A DNA stretch of 64,000 bases from Camelus ferus (lineage: Eukaryota): assembly GCF_009834535.1 (NCBI RefSeq), contig NC_045697.1, positions 58,530,001-58,594,000 on the forward strand, read 5' to 3'. Below are positions 26,401 through 39,522 of the stretch, piece by piece. Position 1 is the stretch's first letter; each line of letters begins with the position of its first letter. Below the pieces are notes generated by a model, which was given only the letters and a program-made list of their open reading frames with translations, was not told where the DNA came from and ran no database searches. The position numbers and the translations under genes are program-made.

Positions 26401-28124
26401 GTGTTAGGCTGGGTTGAGAACAATGTATGATGCATGAAAATATAATTTATAAGATGAATATAACAAAAGAAATGGTAAGCAGAAGTCAGATCTTAGAAGG
26501 TCTTCAGTATGATAGAAGTTTAGGCTTTATTGTTTAGAAAATGTACAGCCATTAGAGATATCTAAGCAAAGCAGTTACATGTTTAGGTCTTAAGTTCTTA
26601 AATTCTTAAGTTCATTCATTATTTTTTAAAGTCTTTTGTTACAATAATGCAAAAAATTATAAATATGTAAATTATCATTAGGTAGAACCATTAGAAAGTT
26701 AAGAGCAATTATTTCCTATTAGAAGATAAATTTAAACTAGTAAATTGCTGATATCCTTTTGAAAAACTGCCTAGTAATATAAACTTTTATTTTACTTTTT
26801 ATTTTCACATCTTTGTTTTTTGATATATTCTCCTGAATGCAGTATCTCTTTATCAATATATACATTATTGTTTTACTTTTACTGTATTATATTTACAGTT
26901 ATGTTTAAATATATTTCTTCATATATAAATTTCAAGACATGCAGAAAAATAGAAATAAGTCTTTAGGTCTTCTCTGCTCCCAGCTCTTGCTTTCTGACTA
27001 TATTTTTACATATAAATATAGTTTATATTGATTTGTAATTTGAAAAAATAAAAACAGCTTTTCTTTAATTCTTCATTTTTGACTTCTTGATAGGAAGTTT
27101 ATCAGTTGAGAATAAAATAAAGCAAACATTTAAAATCATTACTGAATAGGGCACATTGTACTACAATCTATGTTTAGACATTGATTCAAATCAAAATTTT
27201 AAAGGTTAAATGTTAGAAAGGTCTTCAGAACAGTTTTAAACTTGCAGGTTTTTTATTAGAAGTCAAGTTGAGTGACTGATATTTACACACCTGATCAATA
27301 AACCTAAGGTTCTTTTTATAATCACTGTCATTTCATACTAAACATATGAAAACCACTAATCTCTGAACTCTTTTATATTATAGTAAAGTGTTGGCATTTT
27401 CAAGTCTTAATTAAAATTAGATTGTATGACACAGCTAACCTATAATATAATAATAAGAAACTTTAATAGTAAAATAAGATGAAACTCTCTGCCCCTTCAA
27501 GAGACCTCTTATTGTTTAAAAATGTATTGTTTTTAGCAAACTGTATTTGACTGTATTAATTTTTAAAACCCATTTAGAATTAAGTAATTGAATGCTATCA
27601 AATAAATCTATATTGTTTTACAGGAATTAGGTGGAACTATAAACTTAATCTTCTTGCTAACTCTACATGCATTCAACAATTAATAATTAAGTACCTTCAA
27701 CTAGGATACTGCAAGAGAGAGATTCTCCTTTCCCTCAAAGTTATGACAATATATTGAGGCCAGACAAATAACTAAACAAGTAATTAAAATACAATATGAC
27801 AAGCATTATAATAATGGAAACACAGGATTCAAGTTTGGTGTTTTGAAAGGCTCTATGAAGTAGAATTTCAAGCTTAAATACAACATAGACCAAAAAGGCA
27901 AGGAGTAGAGCTTGTGCTTATATGTACAGAGGTGAAAAGAGAACAGGCACCTAAAAGGAACTGAAAACAATTCCTCATAGCAGAGCAGAGTGCAAAGGGT
28001 TCAGTGGCAAGATAAGCAAATGAAAGCTAGTTTTCAGAGGCTTGCAAACCTGAAAACATTTGCAATTCTTCCAAAAGGTGACAAGAAGTCACTGAAAAAT
28101 TTAAAGTAGGGGAGTGATATAAAT

Positions 28125-28340
28125 CATAATGGTTAATATTTATTGAATATGTTCCAGACTGTCATCTGAAAGCTTTATATGCATTAACTCCTTTGATTTT
28201 GACAATAACCTAATGAGGTAGAAATAGTTATTTTCATCTTGTGGTGAGAAAATCGAGAGTCAGAGAAGTTAAATAACTTGCTAAAAGGCTTATAGCTTAC
28301 AGGGCAAAATCAGGGCTCAAATCCATGCATTCTGACTGGG
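28125..28340 (-). mobile_element. MIR SINE remnant
   Basis: gacaataacctaatgaggtag...gagaaaatcgagagtcagagaagttaaataacttgc. Confidence 0.65.
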
Positions 28341-28621
28341 GATGGAGGAAAATAAGATTCCAAAGATATTTAAAATTATTTGTTGATTAATTAAAGTCAG
28401 TTGATAAGGGAAATAAAGAGGTTGAAATGCACAGAATTTGGGGGTAGAAAATGAGGTGGTACTCACTTAAAATGGTAATAAAGGAAGAGGAGCAAATTTT
28501 TGTTCATTAAAAGCTGGAGGATGTAAGTACATGTGTCGGGGGGAACATGATGAATTCAGTTTTGCCGATTTTGAATGCAAAGTACTTAAATGGCATTAAT
28601 TTAAGAAGTCTAGAGAATCCT

Positions 28622-29178
28622 TGTAGGGGAGGAAAATAACCACCTACTACCCTGTTAGGTTCTGTGACTAGACCTGAGAATTAAACTGACATAAGATAAA
28701 GTAACAGGAGAAAAGCATACACATTTTATTTAATATTTTTATGTGCACAAGGGAATCATCTTAAAAAAATTAAAAGAAGACCTGAAGAAGCAGTTAGGAC
28801 TGAGAGTTTATATGCTTTTTTAAACAAAGAAGGATAAATTTGTGATGAAGTGACAAGACAAAGGAAAAGAGTTTAAACTACTAAGAGCAGTACATTACAG
28901 GAAAGTGACTAGGAAACATGTGGGGGAAACCAGCGGAAAATAAGGGTTATTTTAGTACATTTGTTTGCACAGATTCATTTTGGCATTGACTTATACTCTG
29001 GTGATAAGAATGTTCTTCTCTTCCTGTCACACGGGAAATTTTCTGATTTGCTCTCAGGTAGATCTCAGGTAGAGATCAGAAAGCCCCTCCTCATCTGCTG
29101 TTTCTCAATTGGCTTCAGCTCAAAATAATCAATGTGCCAAAGTGGCAGATTTTGGGATGGCATGTCTTAATCTCTTCA
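28622..29178 (-). mobile_element. MER34-like ERV1 solo LTR (about 557 bp), same orientation as gene
   Basis: Minus strand starts TGAAGAGATTAAGACATGCCATCCCAAAATCTGCCACTTTGGCACATTGATTATTTTGAGCTGAAG and ends ...CCCCTACA (TG..CA termini). AATAAA at 28730-28725. Confidence 0.75.
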
Positions 29179-29759
29179 GTCCGCAGTTTCCCCAAATATC
29201 TGCTCTTGGCATATAGGTTTAGGCATCATAAACTCAAGTAGCTCACTGAGTATGTCTGATATTAACCAGATAATCTGAGTAGAGGGAGAAGAAATGATGG
29301 TGCAGAAACATTAACGAGAGAAGAGAAAATGGAGAAAGAATAGTTCGACAACTGAGACTAAGAAGGGGTAAGTAGCCAGAAGAGTGTGGTGTCACAGAGG
29401 TCAAGGGAAGGGGGTTTCCATCAATTTCAAAATGAACTTGATCCTAAAAGTATCCAAAAAGCCCTTTCTGAAATAATAATAACTCCAGCTCTTTTTTTTC
29501 CTGGGTAACTAGTAGAATGGTGGTACAATAAAAGAGAAACGCTAGGGAGAAGCTGCTCAGCAGCATTGGCAGTAGGGAGAATAGAGTAACAGAATTTCTC
29601 AATGAGTAAAGCAGTTGGTTAAGGTTTTTTGAGAATCACCTACATAAAGGTGATAGCTGAAGCTGTAAGAATGGATATCAGAGGAAAACTAAATTTGCAA
29701 CCAAAATAATCTTGCAAAAATATGTCACGGCCTTAGTTTAAGTTCTTTAATGACATTCA

Positions 29760-30243
29760 GGATTCACTCCTTTCCACAGCCTTCCTGCCCCCTGTATTCT
29801 CCTTAAACCTATTTCTTCAGGAATATTGGCCTTCTTTCTATTTCCAGAACTCTGCAGCCTCACTTGGCCATGATCTGGGTGACCTCTGGTCCTGGAGTGC
29901 TTTTCCTCCAGATAGGCATGTGGCTGATCTCACACTACCAGGGGTCAGTTTTATAGTCATCTCCTTAGAAAGTCTTCCCTGATACACACAATCTAAAGTA
30001 ACTAAGCAGTCACTTTTATCCACATGATTGTTCTAATTCTCTGCATAGTACTTCTGCCATTATCTTATCACTTTGATTGATTTACTGTGCATGTTCTTCC
30101 CAGACTCCAGTCTGCTAAACTAGGATGTGAGCTCTATAAGCTTAGTAATCCTGTCCGTCTTTACCCCTGGATCCCTGCACCTGGAACAGTGCCTGAGGCA
30201 CAAAAGCTCGACAAATACGTCTGAGTGAGTGTGAATGAATAAG
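29760..30243 (+). mobile_element. L2 3' end remnant
   Basis: ctaggatgtgagctc...cctggaacagtgcctg...aaatacgtctgagtgagtgtgaatgaat (typical L2 tail). Confidence 0.7.
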
Positions 30244-30319
30244 TCTATACTATTCTTAAACTATATAGGCTAATTATTTTGAGTGGAAAATATATTTTCT
30301 GACTCTAAAAGGGACAATC

Positions 30320-30652
30320 TCGTAGGAAAGTCTGAAAAACTGTCAGCCTGCAGGGGCTTAAGGAGACATGATGATTAAACGCAGTGTCATATCCTGATAG
30401 GATCCTGAAACAGGAAAAAGACATAGGTAAAAACTTAGGAAATCTGAACAACCTACATACTTTAGTTAATGATAACATGTCAGTATTAGTTCATTATTAT
30501 AATTAATGTATCATATTAATGCAAGATAGTAATAATAATGATGGAAACTGTGTGTGTAGGGTGGAGATATGGGAATTCGGTAATATCTGACCAACTTTTC
30601 TGTACATCTAAAACTGGTCTGGAAAATAATGCCTACTAGTTAAAAAAAAAAA
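30320..30652 (+). mobile_element. L1MC-type 3'UTR fragment
   Basis: aaggagacatgatgattaaacgcagtg...ggatcctgaaacaggaaaaagacat...caacttttctgtacatctaaaact, followed by an A-tail. Confidence 0.7.
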
Positions 30653-31794
30653 GTATATGCTTGTGAACAATTGAAAAATACAGAAGTATATAAATTAAAA
30701 CTGGGAAGTCTATTTATGGAATGACATCGATATTATCCCAAAATAATCTCTTTGACAGTTAGCTGTGAACCTCTGCAGACTTGTAAATATTTACACCTAC
30801 GCAAATAAATGTGATCACTATAATAATGATATCTGTTTGATTTTGCTTGCTTTTTTTTTTTTTACTTGATACTGTATTATACTCATCTTTCTAAGTCAAT
30901 GTAAGGTCTATCTCATTCTTTCTGTGACTAAAGAGTATTCCACTATTTGGTGTAGCATTTTATTAAACCAGTTTTCTAGTGATGAAATTCAGTTGTTTTG
31001 TTGATATAAACCATGACACAGGTCTACCTTGTGATCATCTCTACGTGTCTGTTCTTTTCAGTGGTGGAACGCTGCCACATTGTGCCACAGCTACTCCCAA
31101 AGTCCTACTGTAGGCAAAGAGAACACCACTGTTTTGTGATTGTATGACAAGAGTTACAAAGAAACATTATACAAATGTGGATGTGAGTACAAATAGTCTT
31201 TTCTGGCAGAATATTTAAAAGGCTGATAACAGAAGTTGCTTTGAGGAAGGCAGATTTGAATGACTGGGACAGAGGCACAGGAGAGGCAGGGTAGCTTGCA
31301 CCACACAACTCCAAGGGGTCACAATGTCAGTGATACAACCAGGCATTAGCAATGCAGTGGCCCCGTTAGGAGAACACATATTTATTATTCTACTTTTTGA
31401 ATTTTAAACCATATGCCTATATTAGCTATTCAAAAAATTACTTAACGAGAAGAAAATGCCATCAGAAAATAATTTGAAATAACCTTTTTTTCTTTTAACT
31501 AAAATGATTGCCTTCAGACTATAATAAAACAATCAAAATAGTATTTTAATTTCTATTTAGTTTAAAAATAACCACAGGTATTGCCATGAATCTATGGTAG
31601 GTTATTACGTCAAAACTAGATGAAAATATCAATACATATATTAAATTAGAAAAAAGTATTTTTGGTTGCATCTAAGAATATTAATTGCCCAATAATTCTC
31701 TTCTTTTAGATGTAGAATCGTTGATCACTATGCCCACCTGCAAAGCTATACCTATTAATAAAGCATTGAGCTATGCAAAACTGAGTAGCTCAAA

Positions 31795-31844
31795 GGATAT
31801 GGTCAGAAGTATGGGATATGGTCAGAAGTATGGGATATGGTCAG
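31795..31844. repeat. 19-bp tandem repeat GGATATGGTCAGAAGTATG, 2.6 perfect copies
   Basis: Units at 31795-31813 and 31814-31832, plus a partial unit at 31833-31844. Confidence 0.9.
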
Positions 31845-33914
31845 TTGTAGTTGGGTAAGACTTTCAGGAAGTTCTAACAGAGATGAACATTTTAGTTACT
31901 TGCCTTTCTTCCTTCTATATAAAGATTAGCATAAAGTGACGATTGGAACCAAAATAACTCTCTTATCATTTTGAAAGCCCATGTGCTAAAGATAATAGAG
32001 CAGAAAAACATATGAAGACTTGGTCTCTGATTTGGAGTTTTCATGATAATCCTGGACTGCCTCCCCCGCATTTCCTTTTTATTTTTGAAAATAAAGCCTT
32101 GGTTTAAGTTACCATAGTTAAGTTTCTGTTACTACCAGATGAACAAAATTTATACATTAGGTAAGGGAAAATATCAAAATTATAACTCTGTTTGGAACAG
32201 TATTAAAAATCATTTGTTTGGTTCCAGGCCATCAGGCAACTACTTGACTGCAAATTATATCTTCAAACTTCCATTTCTTTTCTGACCTGTACCAGAAAAG
32301 CTAATGATCCTACTTTCCAGAAAGTAGGATCTTAAATCTGTAGTGCTATTTTAAATATATTTTTTTCTTCTGGTTAGCTATGTGATTATAACACCGTTAA
32401 AGAAATAGCAAAGTAAATTGATGTGTATTCTCTTGTGTTTGCATAGAAATAATATCTATTTATATTCTATGTAATGAAAAGTTTCTGAAGGTAAACTCAC
32501 GTTCAGAAAGCAACAGTGTGTTAGAATGGACTTAAATAAACAATTTTACAATTAAGTGATAATCTAGGCCTTGATCAAGAAGCTGTAAGAGAGAAAGAAT
32601 AAAACTTGGTGAAAAGAAGTGAGAAAATAGTTTTGTGTTAGATAAAAACATTTTATCTAAAAACAGAATGGCTTTTTTTTCACCCTTATTAGAATTACTT
32701 CTTGAAGGACTTACAAAAACCATGTATATACAAACAGCAGCTGGAATATTTGCTTATTTATAGGAAATGTGCAAAATGGAAGAGTCACAAATGACTTTGT
32801 AAAGCGGTCATCTCTGCCTGACCTGGCACATCAGTCATGGGAATTTTGAGAGATTCCCAGAATGATGTTCTTTGCACGTCAAAGCAGGATCTCCATCATC
32901 AACATCTGTTACTGTCCTTCAGAGGTTTTTAAATCATTAAATTTAGGAACTAACCTGTCCAAGCTCTTAAATAATAACCTGTATAATTTACTCTGCTTAC
33001 ATTACATATGATTTTTACTGTCTTTTGATTCAACAATTGCTTTACAAGAGCATTTAATGACTACAACTTAGAAAAAAGAATTTTTGTGTCTTCTTTATAA
33101 GAAAACTACTCTGCTTTGTAGATGGACGTCACTTTCTTTGATCTCAATGTCTTTTAGCAATAGGTTCAGGGCACCAGAAACATGCAGGGTGCAGATTTAT
33201 ATTTTCTCTCTTACTGACACAAATCAAGTGCAGATTTATCAAGCTGTGAAATATATTAAGTTCACAGGGTTTGAACAAAGGGTTACCAAACCTCAAGAAC
33301 CTGGTGTGATTTAAACTACTTTCAGATGTCCTTTTAATTATATTAAATGAAAGTTTCGGTTGGCTTTGATGCTTATGGGCAAACATCAAAATCTCTTGAA
33401 AGAGCTGCTAAAAGTACTCCCTGTTGCTGTAGTTAATATACTACATTGTATGCACACCACTAGCCAATTTATTCTAGCCACTTTAACAAGGATATCCAGC
33501 CTGACAGGCCACACAGAATAGTATCACAAGTCAAGCAAAGCACAAATCATTAGAGGACCCGGAAAGTTGTTTGACATGCACCACGGAGCTCTTTGTCACA
33601 CAGCCAATTAAGTGACCAAACAAGGAACTTGAAAATACTCATTAATTTCTTCCTAGCAGTATAAATGTAGGTTAGAATCTCTCTTGTCTCATGCACCAAA
33701 GGCACACAAGTAAAACTGGCATAATTCAATTTGCACTTTGTCAAAGCTGCAAGTAGTAAATATGGCACACAGAAAGTCCGCATTAAAGACAAAAAAGTGG
33801 AAGCAATAGGTAAAAATGTTTACATAGTACATATAATAATACAGATATCCAGGCTCTGGAATGATAAAAAGATAATCGAAAGTTGGCATTACTTTTCTCC
33901 TTGAAAAGCTTTAT

Positions 33915-35105
33915 CAGTATTTCTGAGCAGATTCAGCAGCACTTGAAGTCACTTCCTCCTCTGTGATAGAAGAACTTGAGTTGAGTCCTGGATGCCATAC
34001 TCTCTAGGTCATCCTTTCTTAAGGCTGCTCTGTAGTCTCTACTGTTGGCTCTCGTTCCTCTCCCTGACCTCATGAGACTACAGTGTCCTGGGGTCAGCCC
34101 TAGATTCTCTTCTCTCTCCACACTCATTCCCTTGATGAATTCATCTAGTACAATGACTACTAAACGCCACTCTAAGGGAAACATTACCACATATTTATTT
34201 CTAGCTTGACCTCTCAGCTGAATTTCAACTAACTACATCTAACTACATATTTAACATTGATATTGTATACCTAATAAGAAACTCAAACTTCACATGCCCC
34301 AAGCCAAGTTCTTGTTGTGCTCCCTCCCCAACTGGTCACAGATAGACCATCGCAGTAAATGGTGGCATCATCCTTCCAGTTGCTCAGGCAAAACACTTCG
34401 TGTCGTTTCAAGTCCTCTCTTTCTCTGACACTTCACATGCAAACCCTTAGCAAATCTTGTTTGTTCCATTAAAAATAGTCCTGAACCTGAAGAATTATCT
34501 CAGTATCCTGTGCTCATATCTTGTTCCAAGTGACCATTATTGCCCAAATGATCACCCTGTTTCAGCTCTTGCTTTTCCTGCTATAATCTATTCATCACTT
34601 TAAAACCATATCAGATCATGTAATCCCTCTGCTCAGAAACCTGCAGTGCTTTCCTGTGTGTCTATGAATAAAAGCCAAAGTCTTTACAATGGTCTATCAG
34701 ATCTGGGTCCTTGGTGCCCGGTGGATTCATTTCCTATCGCCCTCTTCTCTTTCATTCTGCTCCAGGTGCATTGGCTTCCTGAACAACAAAGGCATATTTC
34801 CACCTCAGAAACTTTCTGTTTTCTCTGCTGGAATGCTTTTCCCTGCATATCTGCACAGTTCACTCCTTCAGAGTTTTTCTCAAATATCACCCTAGTAATG
34901 CATTTCTTGCTTTATTTTTCTCCATAACATTTATCATCATCTCATATACCACATATCTCACACACTTACGGGACTGTTTTTTTTCTGCTGCAAGAAATTT
35001 CATCCTTGGAGAGACAGTGGGGATTCTGGACTGTTATGTACACTGCTATATTCCCAGTACTGATAAGATTACTGGACACGTGTACTCAACTAGTAATTTT
35101 TGAAT
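33915..35105 (+). mobile_element. L2 LINE remnant
   Basis: tctctccacactcattccctt...ctcaaacttcacatgcccc...catccttccagttgctcaggcaaaacactt...tcagatcatgtaatccctctgctcagaaacc. Confidence 0.75.
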
Positions 35106-35979
35106 ATTTTTGTTGTTAACTATTATGTGATGTTTTTTCTAGTTGAAGACAGAGATTGCTTTTACACTGATGGTACCTAGGAACAGATTTCTAGTGGATA
35201 ATTAAGGTAACACAAGCAAACAAAATAAGTAAGTAAAATAAAACAAGCATCGAAATTGAAATAAAAAGAGGGCTTGTTTCAAATACTTCATAAGCTTTAA
35301 AGAACAACAGAACAGTTGCCTTTAAATAAAAAGAAAAGAAAAATGGAAGGAAAGATGGGAAGAAGGGAGGAAACCAGGCATATGTGTATATGTGTGTATT
35401 TTTTAAAAATTCGCATTTATTTACAAATTTTTTTCTGATCAGTCTTCAACTGACTATGCAGATAATAGCTTACTATTCCACAAAAATTCAAAGAATGACT
35501 GAAAAGATTCATATCAATAACTCTATGTACTTATATTTCCCATTAAGCAAGATCAACTGTGGACTCTCTAGGGAGCCCATGCCATCTCTGAGATTTGGAG
35601 AACAAAAGAAACTGCTCATTAAATCAAAATATATTTCTTAACTAGGATAATGTCCTACTTTTAAAGCAGAAAAAAAAAATGCCAGTAATTTCAGTAGTTC
35701 CTGCTAAAGAAGAGAACAATGCTAACAAACATTACTATTTAAAAAATGGGAACTTGAGATTGAAAAATGAGCAGAAAATGCAAATCTAAGTTCTGGTTAC
35801 ATTTACAGAACATGAAGACAGTTGTTCTTAAGCTGTTTGAGGTCCTACTCTACTCTCAGATTCTCATGAAAACCACAGACTTCCCTTTGGAGCCTATGAG
35901 TTTTACTGGTTCATGGATTACCCTCCCAAATCCTCCCCTGCCCCCATACCACAACCAGTTAAGGACTTGTGCAATTCAC

Positions 35980-36168
35980 AGGTGCGGTTATAATCAAAAA
36001 GCAAAGATTGTAAATCAGTAAAAAATGTTAAAAAAAAAAAAAGTGAAAATAGCAAGTGTTGCTGTGGATGTGGAGAAACTAGAGTCCTCATTATCACTGG
36101 TGGAAATGTAAGATGGTGTGGCCACTTTGGAAAACAGTTTGATAGTTCCTCCTTTAACACAGAGTTAG
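35980..36168 (+). mobile_element. Old L1 ORF2 3' fragment
   Basis: aagtgttgctgtggatgtggagaaactag...ggtggaaatgtaagatggtgtggccactttggaaaacagtttg. Confidence 0.75.
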
Positions 36169-38251
36169 ACTATTTTTCGTTTTCTTTTTCTCTCAATATG
36201 ATTTTTTTTTTAATCGCAGTCTTCTCTGAAAACCAAAGGACCTCAATGCAAATTATGTTTGTATTTGACCTGAATATAGCAGTACAAAATAATCACCACA
36301 CAGCCATTTGAACTCCATCTCAAAAAAAAAGAGAAATTAAAAAAATTGTTTTACTCTATGCCATTCCTGAAATACAGTACAATAAATCAATAAAAATAGA
36401 CCAAATGATATATCTTGATTGCTAACATCAAATAATGAGGTCAGCTCTGCAATCGCAGTATTTTGGCAAATGGGAGCATGAGCTCCTGAATTGGGAAGAA
36501 CTAGTAACTGAGGAGCCCCCTAATTACTACTATATGAATAACTCTGAGAAAGTCATTTAATCCTTCCTCTGCCCCATTTTCTCTACTATAACTTAAGAAT
36601 AGCATTAGTTATGTCACCGAGTTGTTAGGAGGATTTATACAGAATGCTCTGCACAGTGATGGCAACAGTGCCTAATACATGTACTTATTCCTAATAATAA
36701 ATCAGTGTTATTCTTAGTCATGGTATTGAAGAAGCACTGGATGCACATTAGGATAGCAGCATGAGTGCCATCGGTGCTAGTTATGTGACCTTGAGCAACT
36801 CATTTCATTTTTTCCAGATCTCAACGAACTCATCTTCATCTCCAACGTCCCTGCTGGAAATATTCCATCACAATAGTTACATAATATGCGTATGTAACAC
36901 AAACCTTATGTTCTCTGGCACAAAACTTAAAACCTTCTTCTAAATGAAGGCATATATTATGCCCAAGATATGATCATGGTATTTTTACCAAGGCATATGT
37001 CAATTTCTACCTTTTAATAGTCAACAAGGATTTTAGTGTAAAAATTTCAAACTAAATAAAGAAAAATAAAATATACGGACCCATTTTTTGGTTTGTTTTT
37101 ATTAAAATTCTTGAGACAAAAGCATACTTTTAGGAGATTCATGTATTATTTAAATATTCAAAGCAACTATCTTAATTGTTCACCTACAGATCAATTATCA
37201 CAGCTGACTACTGACAGTCCAGATTTCACTGGTTTTGTTTGTTTGTTTTTTGGGTTGTTTTTGGTGAAATAAGCAAAAGGTGGGAAGCAAGAAGTAAAAA
37301 ATGGATCTAGGTAATTCATAAGACAGGCACTGTACTTTTAAATAATTAAAAGCTAATGTATTTAGATGGTCAAAATCAAACATAAGAAAATCATTGCTTA
37401 TGCCCATGGGAAGGAAATTTTTTGTTTAAGAATTTCAAGATAACTAAATAATTATCTTGTTTCAAATTTAATGCAGATAGCATTTCAAGTATATTTCATA
37501 TATATTTCATAGGTAGCTCAGAATGTGCTCTGAACATAGTAATAATAGGGAACATAAATCTTTAAAACTGAAATAGACTAAATTTTAAGGTATTATTCAC
37601 TCTAAAATTTCACAGAATAATGCTCTACATTAAAAGGAACAGAAATAATGTCACATATTAGTGAGCAGAGTATTTCTGCTTCACCAATGTTCTGTTTGTA
37701 TTTGGTCTTATCAGATGTTTAGTCAATAGCTGAAATATTTATTCATAGCCAGTCAATTATAACACCAGGAGATCAGCCATTGAATAAACTGTGCTATTAA
37801 TTTCTCATCAGAGATTCATGTTTGAATGACCATGCATTTCATAGATTTAAATACTGAAAGGCTAATTGTCTCCAAGGCTCCATTCAAGAGATAGCATAGA
37901 TTGTAATCAAAAGCAACCCTAATATTGCTCCAAAATGATCCTCAGCTTTCAATGCTGGAGAATACTTCAATTTGTATATCTGTTGCACACATTATGCAAC
38001 ATATATACATAAACTTCCCAAAGCAATTTCTTTCCTGAAATCTTAGAAAAATAAGCCTGAACAGCTTCTTATATACAAAGAACCATTATCTTTTAAAGTA
38101 AAAAGCAAACTAAAAGCTTTTCTTCCTAATATTTGTTTAATGTTCAAATTTTTTTTCCTCTTAAATGACTGTCTCACTAAATGCCCTTATTGTGAATAAA
38201 CTGATACAGTTTAATTTCTGGACTACTAATTTGGGAACCAGTAACCTGGGA

Positions 38252-38746
38252 CGTTGAGGGCATCTCCCTTCACAAACACAGTTGGCCTTCACCTTTAAAA
38301 ATGCCATGATATACACACAGAGGGAATAAAGTTTACAGTCACACGGTTTCATGTTATTTCTTCCTTCTGATAAAGTTAATTTGTATATTGGGACCCACAG
38401 AAATGGAGGCCACTCCAGTGGCCTGACCCATATCACAAATCTAAACCTGCACGTACGGGAAGTGCCTGTCGTGGGAACCTAACACACCAATCACAATCCT
38501 CCAACTCAGTTTAGGTAGCTCAACTTACCCTAGAACACAGGACCTGCCTGCCTTCTAAGGAAATCCCCAACCTCCTAGCCAAGTGTGCCCTGCTTCCAAG
38601 TTGTGTCTATAAAACTCTCTCTTGCCCAACATCCGTCAGGAAGAGTGCTCCACTGATGGTGAGGCACTGTATTCCCCCAGTCCATGGATGGTTTTCCCTT
38701 GAGTAAAGCACATCAAAGTCATTACTAAGTCATTTTGTCATCTGTC
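38252..38746 (+). mobile_element. Probable ERV solo LTR, antisense to ADGRL3
   Basis: About 500-bp GC-richer island with LTR order CCAAT (38487-38491), TATAAAA (38608-38614), AGTAAA (38702-38707). Termini and TSD are not clearly resolved. Confidence 0.55.
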
Positions 38747-39430
38747 CCTTCCTTTTTTCCTGTCCTCTCCTCCCTCCTCTCCCTTCCTACCTTCTTTCCC
38801 TTCTTGTAAAAAAAAATTATGAAGCTTGCTTCTGGAATTCTTTTTCACAAAGAACCCATACACATAGAAATGTTTTCTACCTTGCTTAGAAACAAACTAC
38901 AACATGTTAACTGGAGAAAAGTTATATTTACATTGGGATTCATGTATTTATAATGAGTGGAAGAGAAAGATCATCATAGCATGTCCTGATCAATTTGACA
39001 GAAGCATGATATTTCAAGTACCCTGGACTACATGTTGTCTTATATGACTCTGAGTGTCATTTCTGGATGATGTACTATTCAAATATCAGCTAGACCAATA
39101 TATGAATGAAATGTATCCATACCCATCTCTCTGAAGAAATTAGAGATTTATATATTATACCCAACTCACCTTTCAGTGATGACCAGAATTCTCACACCCC
39201 AAGGTGCACCTCCTTGTTAATCTGTGTTCCTTTTGGGTGACAGAACACTGGCACTGTCAAATTTCTTTTTAGCACACACCCTTTCATATGTCTTTCCATC
39301 CCCACCCTCCGTACCCTCCCTGAAACTCTTCTAGTTCAACAGGGTACATTATCATCTCTCTATCAGATGCCCGTATCACCAACAGAGACAATTCAACAAC
39401 TTATCACATTGATAAAAACGCAGAAAGTAC

Positions 39431-39469
39431 CTGGACATAGGCTCTGCAAGAGCGCTCTCTTTTCTGAAG
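39431..39469 (-). CDS. ADGRL3: ADGRL3 39-nt in-frame mini-exon (13 aa, GAIN domain), likely alternatively spliced
   Basis: Acceptor atggattcag|CTT, donor CAG|gtactt. Encodes LQKRERSCRAYVQ, which sits between ...SLNK and AMVETV... in latrophilin-3. Symmetric phase 0/0. Confidence 0.93.
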
Positions 39470-39515
39470 CTGAATCCATTAAGACAGCAGATTAAACACA
39501 GAATAGAAAAAACAA

Positions 39516-39522
39516 GTTAGTG
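39516..39522 (-). promoter_or_regulatory. Putative branch point CACTAAC of the mini-exon (branch A about 39517, 48 nt upstream of the exon)
   Basis: Near-optimal branch consensus flanked on both sides by pyrimidine tracts, inside an AG-free zone of about 84 nt. Confidence 0.6.
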
